A stretch of 64,000 nucleotides of DNA from an uncultured Verrucomicrobiota bacterium (GTDB taxonomy: Bacteria > Verrucomicrobiota > Verrucomicrobiia > Limisphaerales > UBA8199). Below are positions 63,945-64,000 of the stretch, piece by piece (within the stretch, counting starts at the first letter, position 1; each line of letters opens with the position of its first letter). The stretch covers positions 26,069 to 90,068 of the forward strand of contig CAZZFF010000004.1 of assembly GCA_964653485.1 (NCBI GenBank), read 5' to 3'. Under the pieces are notes generated by a model. It ran no database searches and had not been told where the DNA came from. It saw only the letters and a list, made by a program, of their open reading frames with translations. The position numbers were made by a program, and so were the translations under genes.

Positions 63945-64000
63945 CGGGGTTTGATCCCTATGCCAGCCACCCAAACCGACGGCCTCCCCTCAACCCCGCC

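Overview
High-GC bacterial chromosome segment. By eye it is about two-thirds G+C, which I did not compute. It is most likely from the PVC superphylum, Verrucomicrobiota-like. The clues are a prepilin-type [26 protein letters not shown]-terminus, a GDP-mannose 3,5-epimerase homolog and plant-glycan hydrolases. Positions 1-36.2 kb hold ordinary housekeeping and accessory genes: coaD, yceD-rpmF-plsX-fabH, and an ECF sigma / Ycf46-like AAA+ operon. They also hold GH127 and GH51 arabinofuranosidases, a tricorn-like protease, sppA, clpS-aat, ruvCA, two type II toxin-antitoxin pairs and a System II cytochrome c biogenesis operon. Positions 36.3-53.4 kb are one minus-strand, tightly packed cluster of phage structural genes. 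It runs from a Mu gp29-like portal, through a protease-scaffold-capsid fusion, to tail, fibre and a GT9 glycosyltransferase. No terminase, integrase, lysis or regulatory genes are visible in the window. Short tandem repeats, mostly of 7-bp period, fill its spacers and gene termini. A visibly lower-GC type II restriction-modification pair (53.7-55.7 kb) sits where a terminase would be expected. The right end carries a GME-like epimerase, two overlapping sensor kinases, coaE and a CxxCH/beta-propeller protein. No rRNA, tRNA or CRISPR array was seen. Many long ORFs in the track are antisense or alternative-frame shadows typical of high-GC DNA and were not called.
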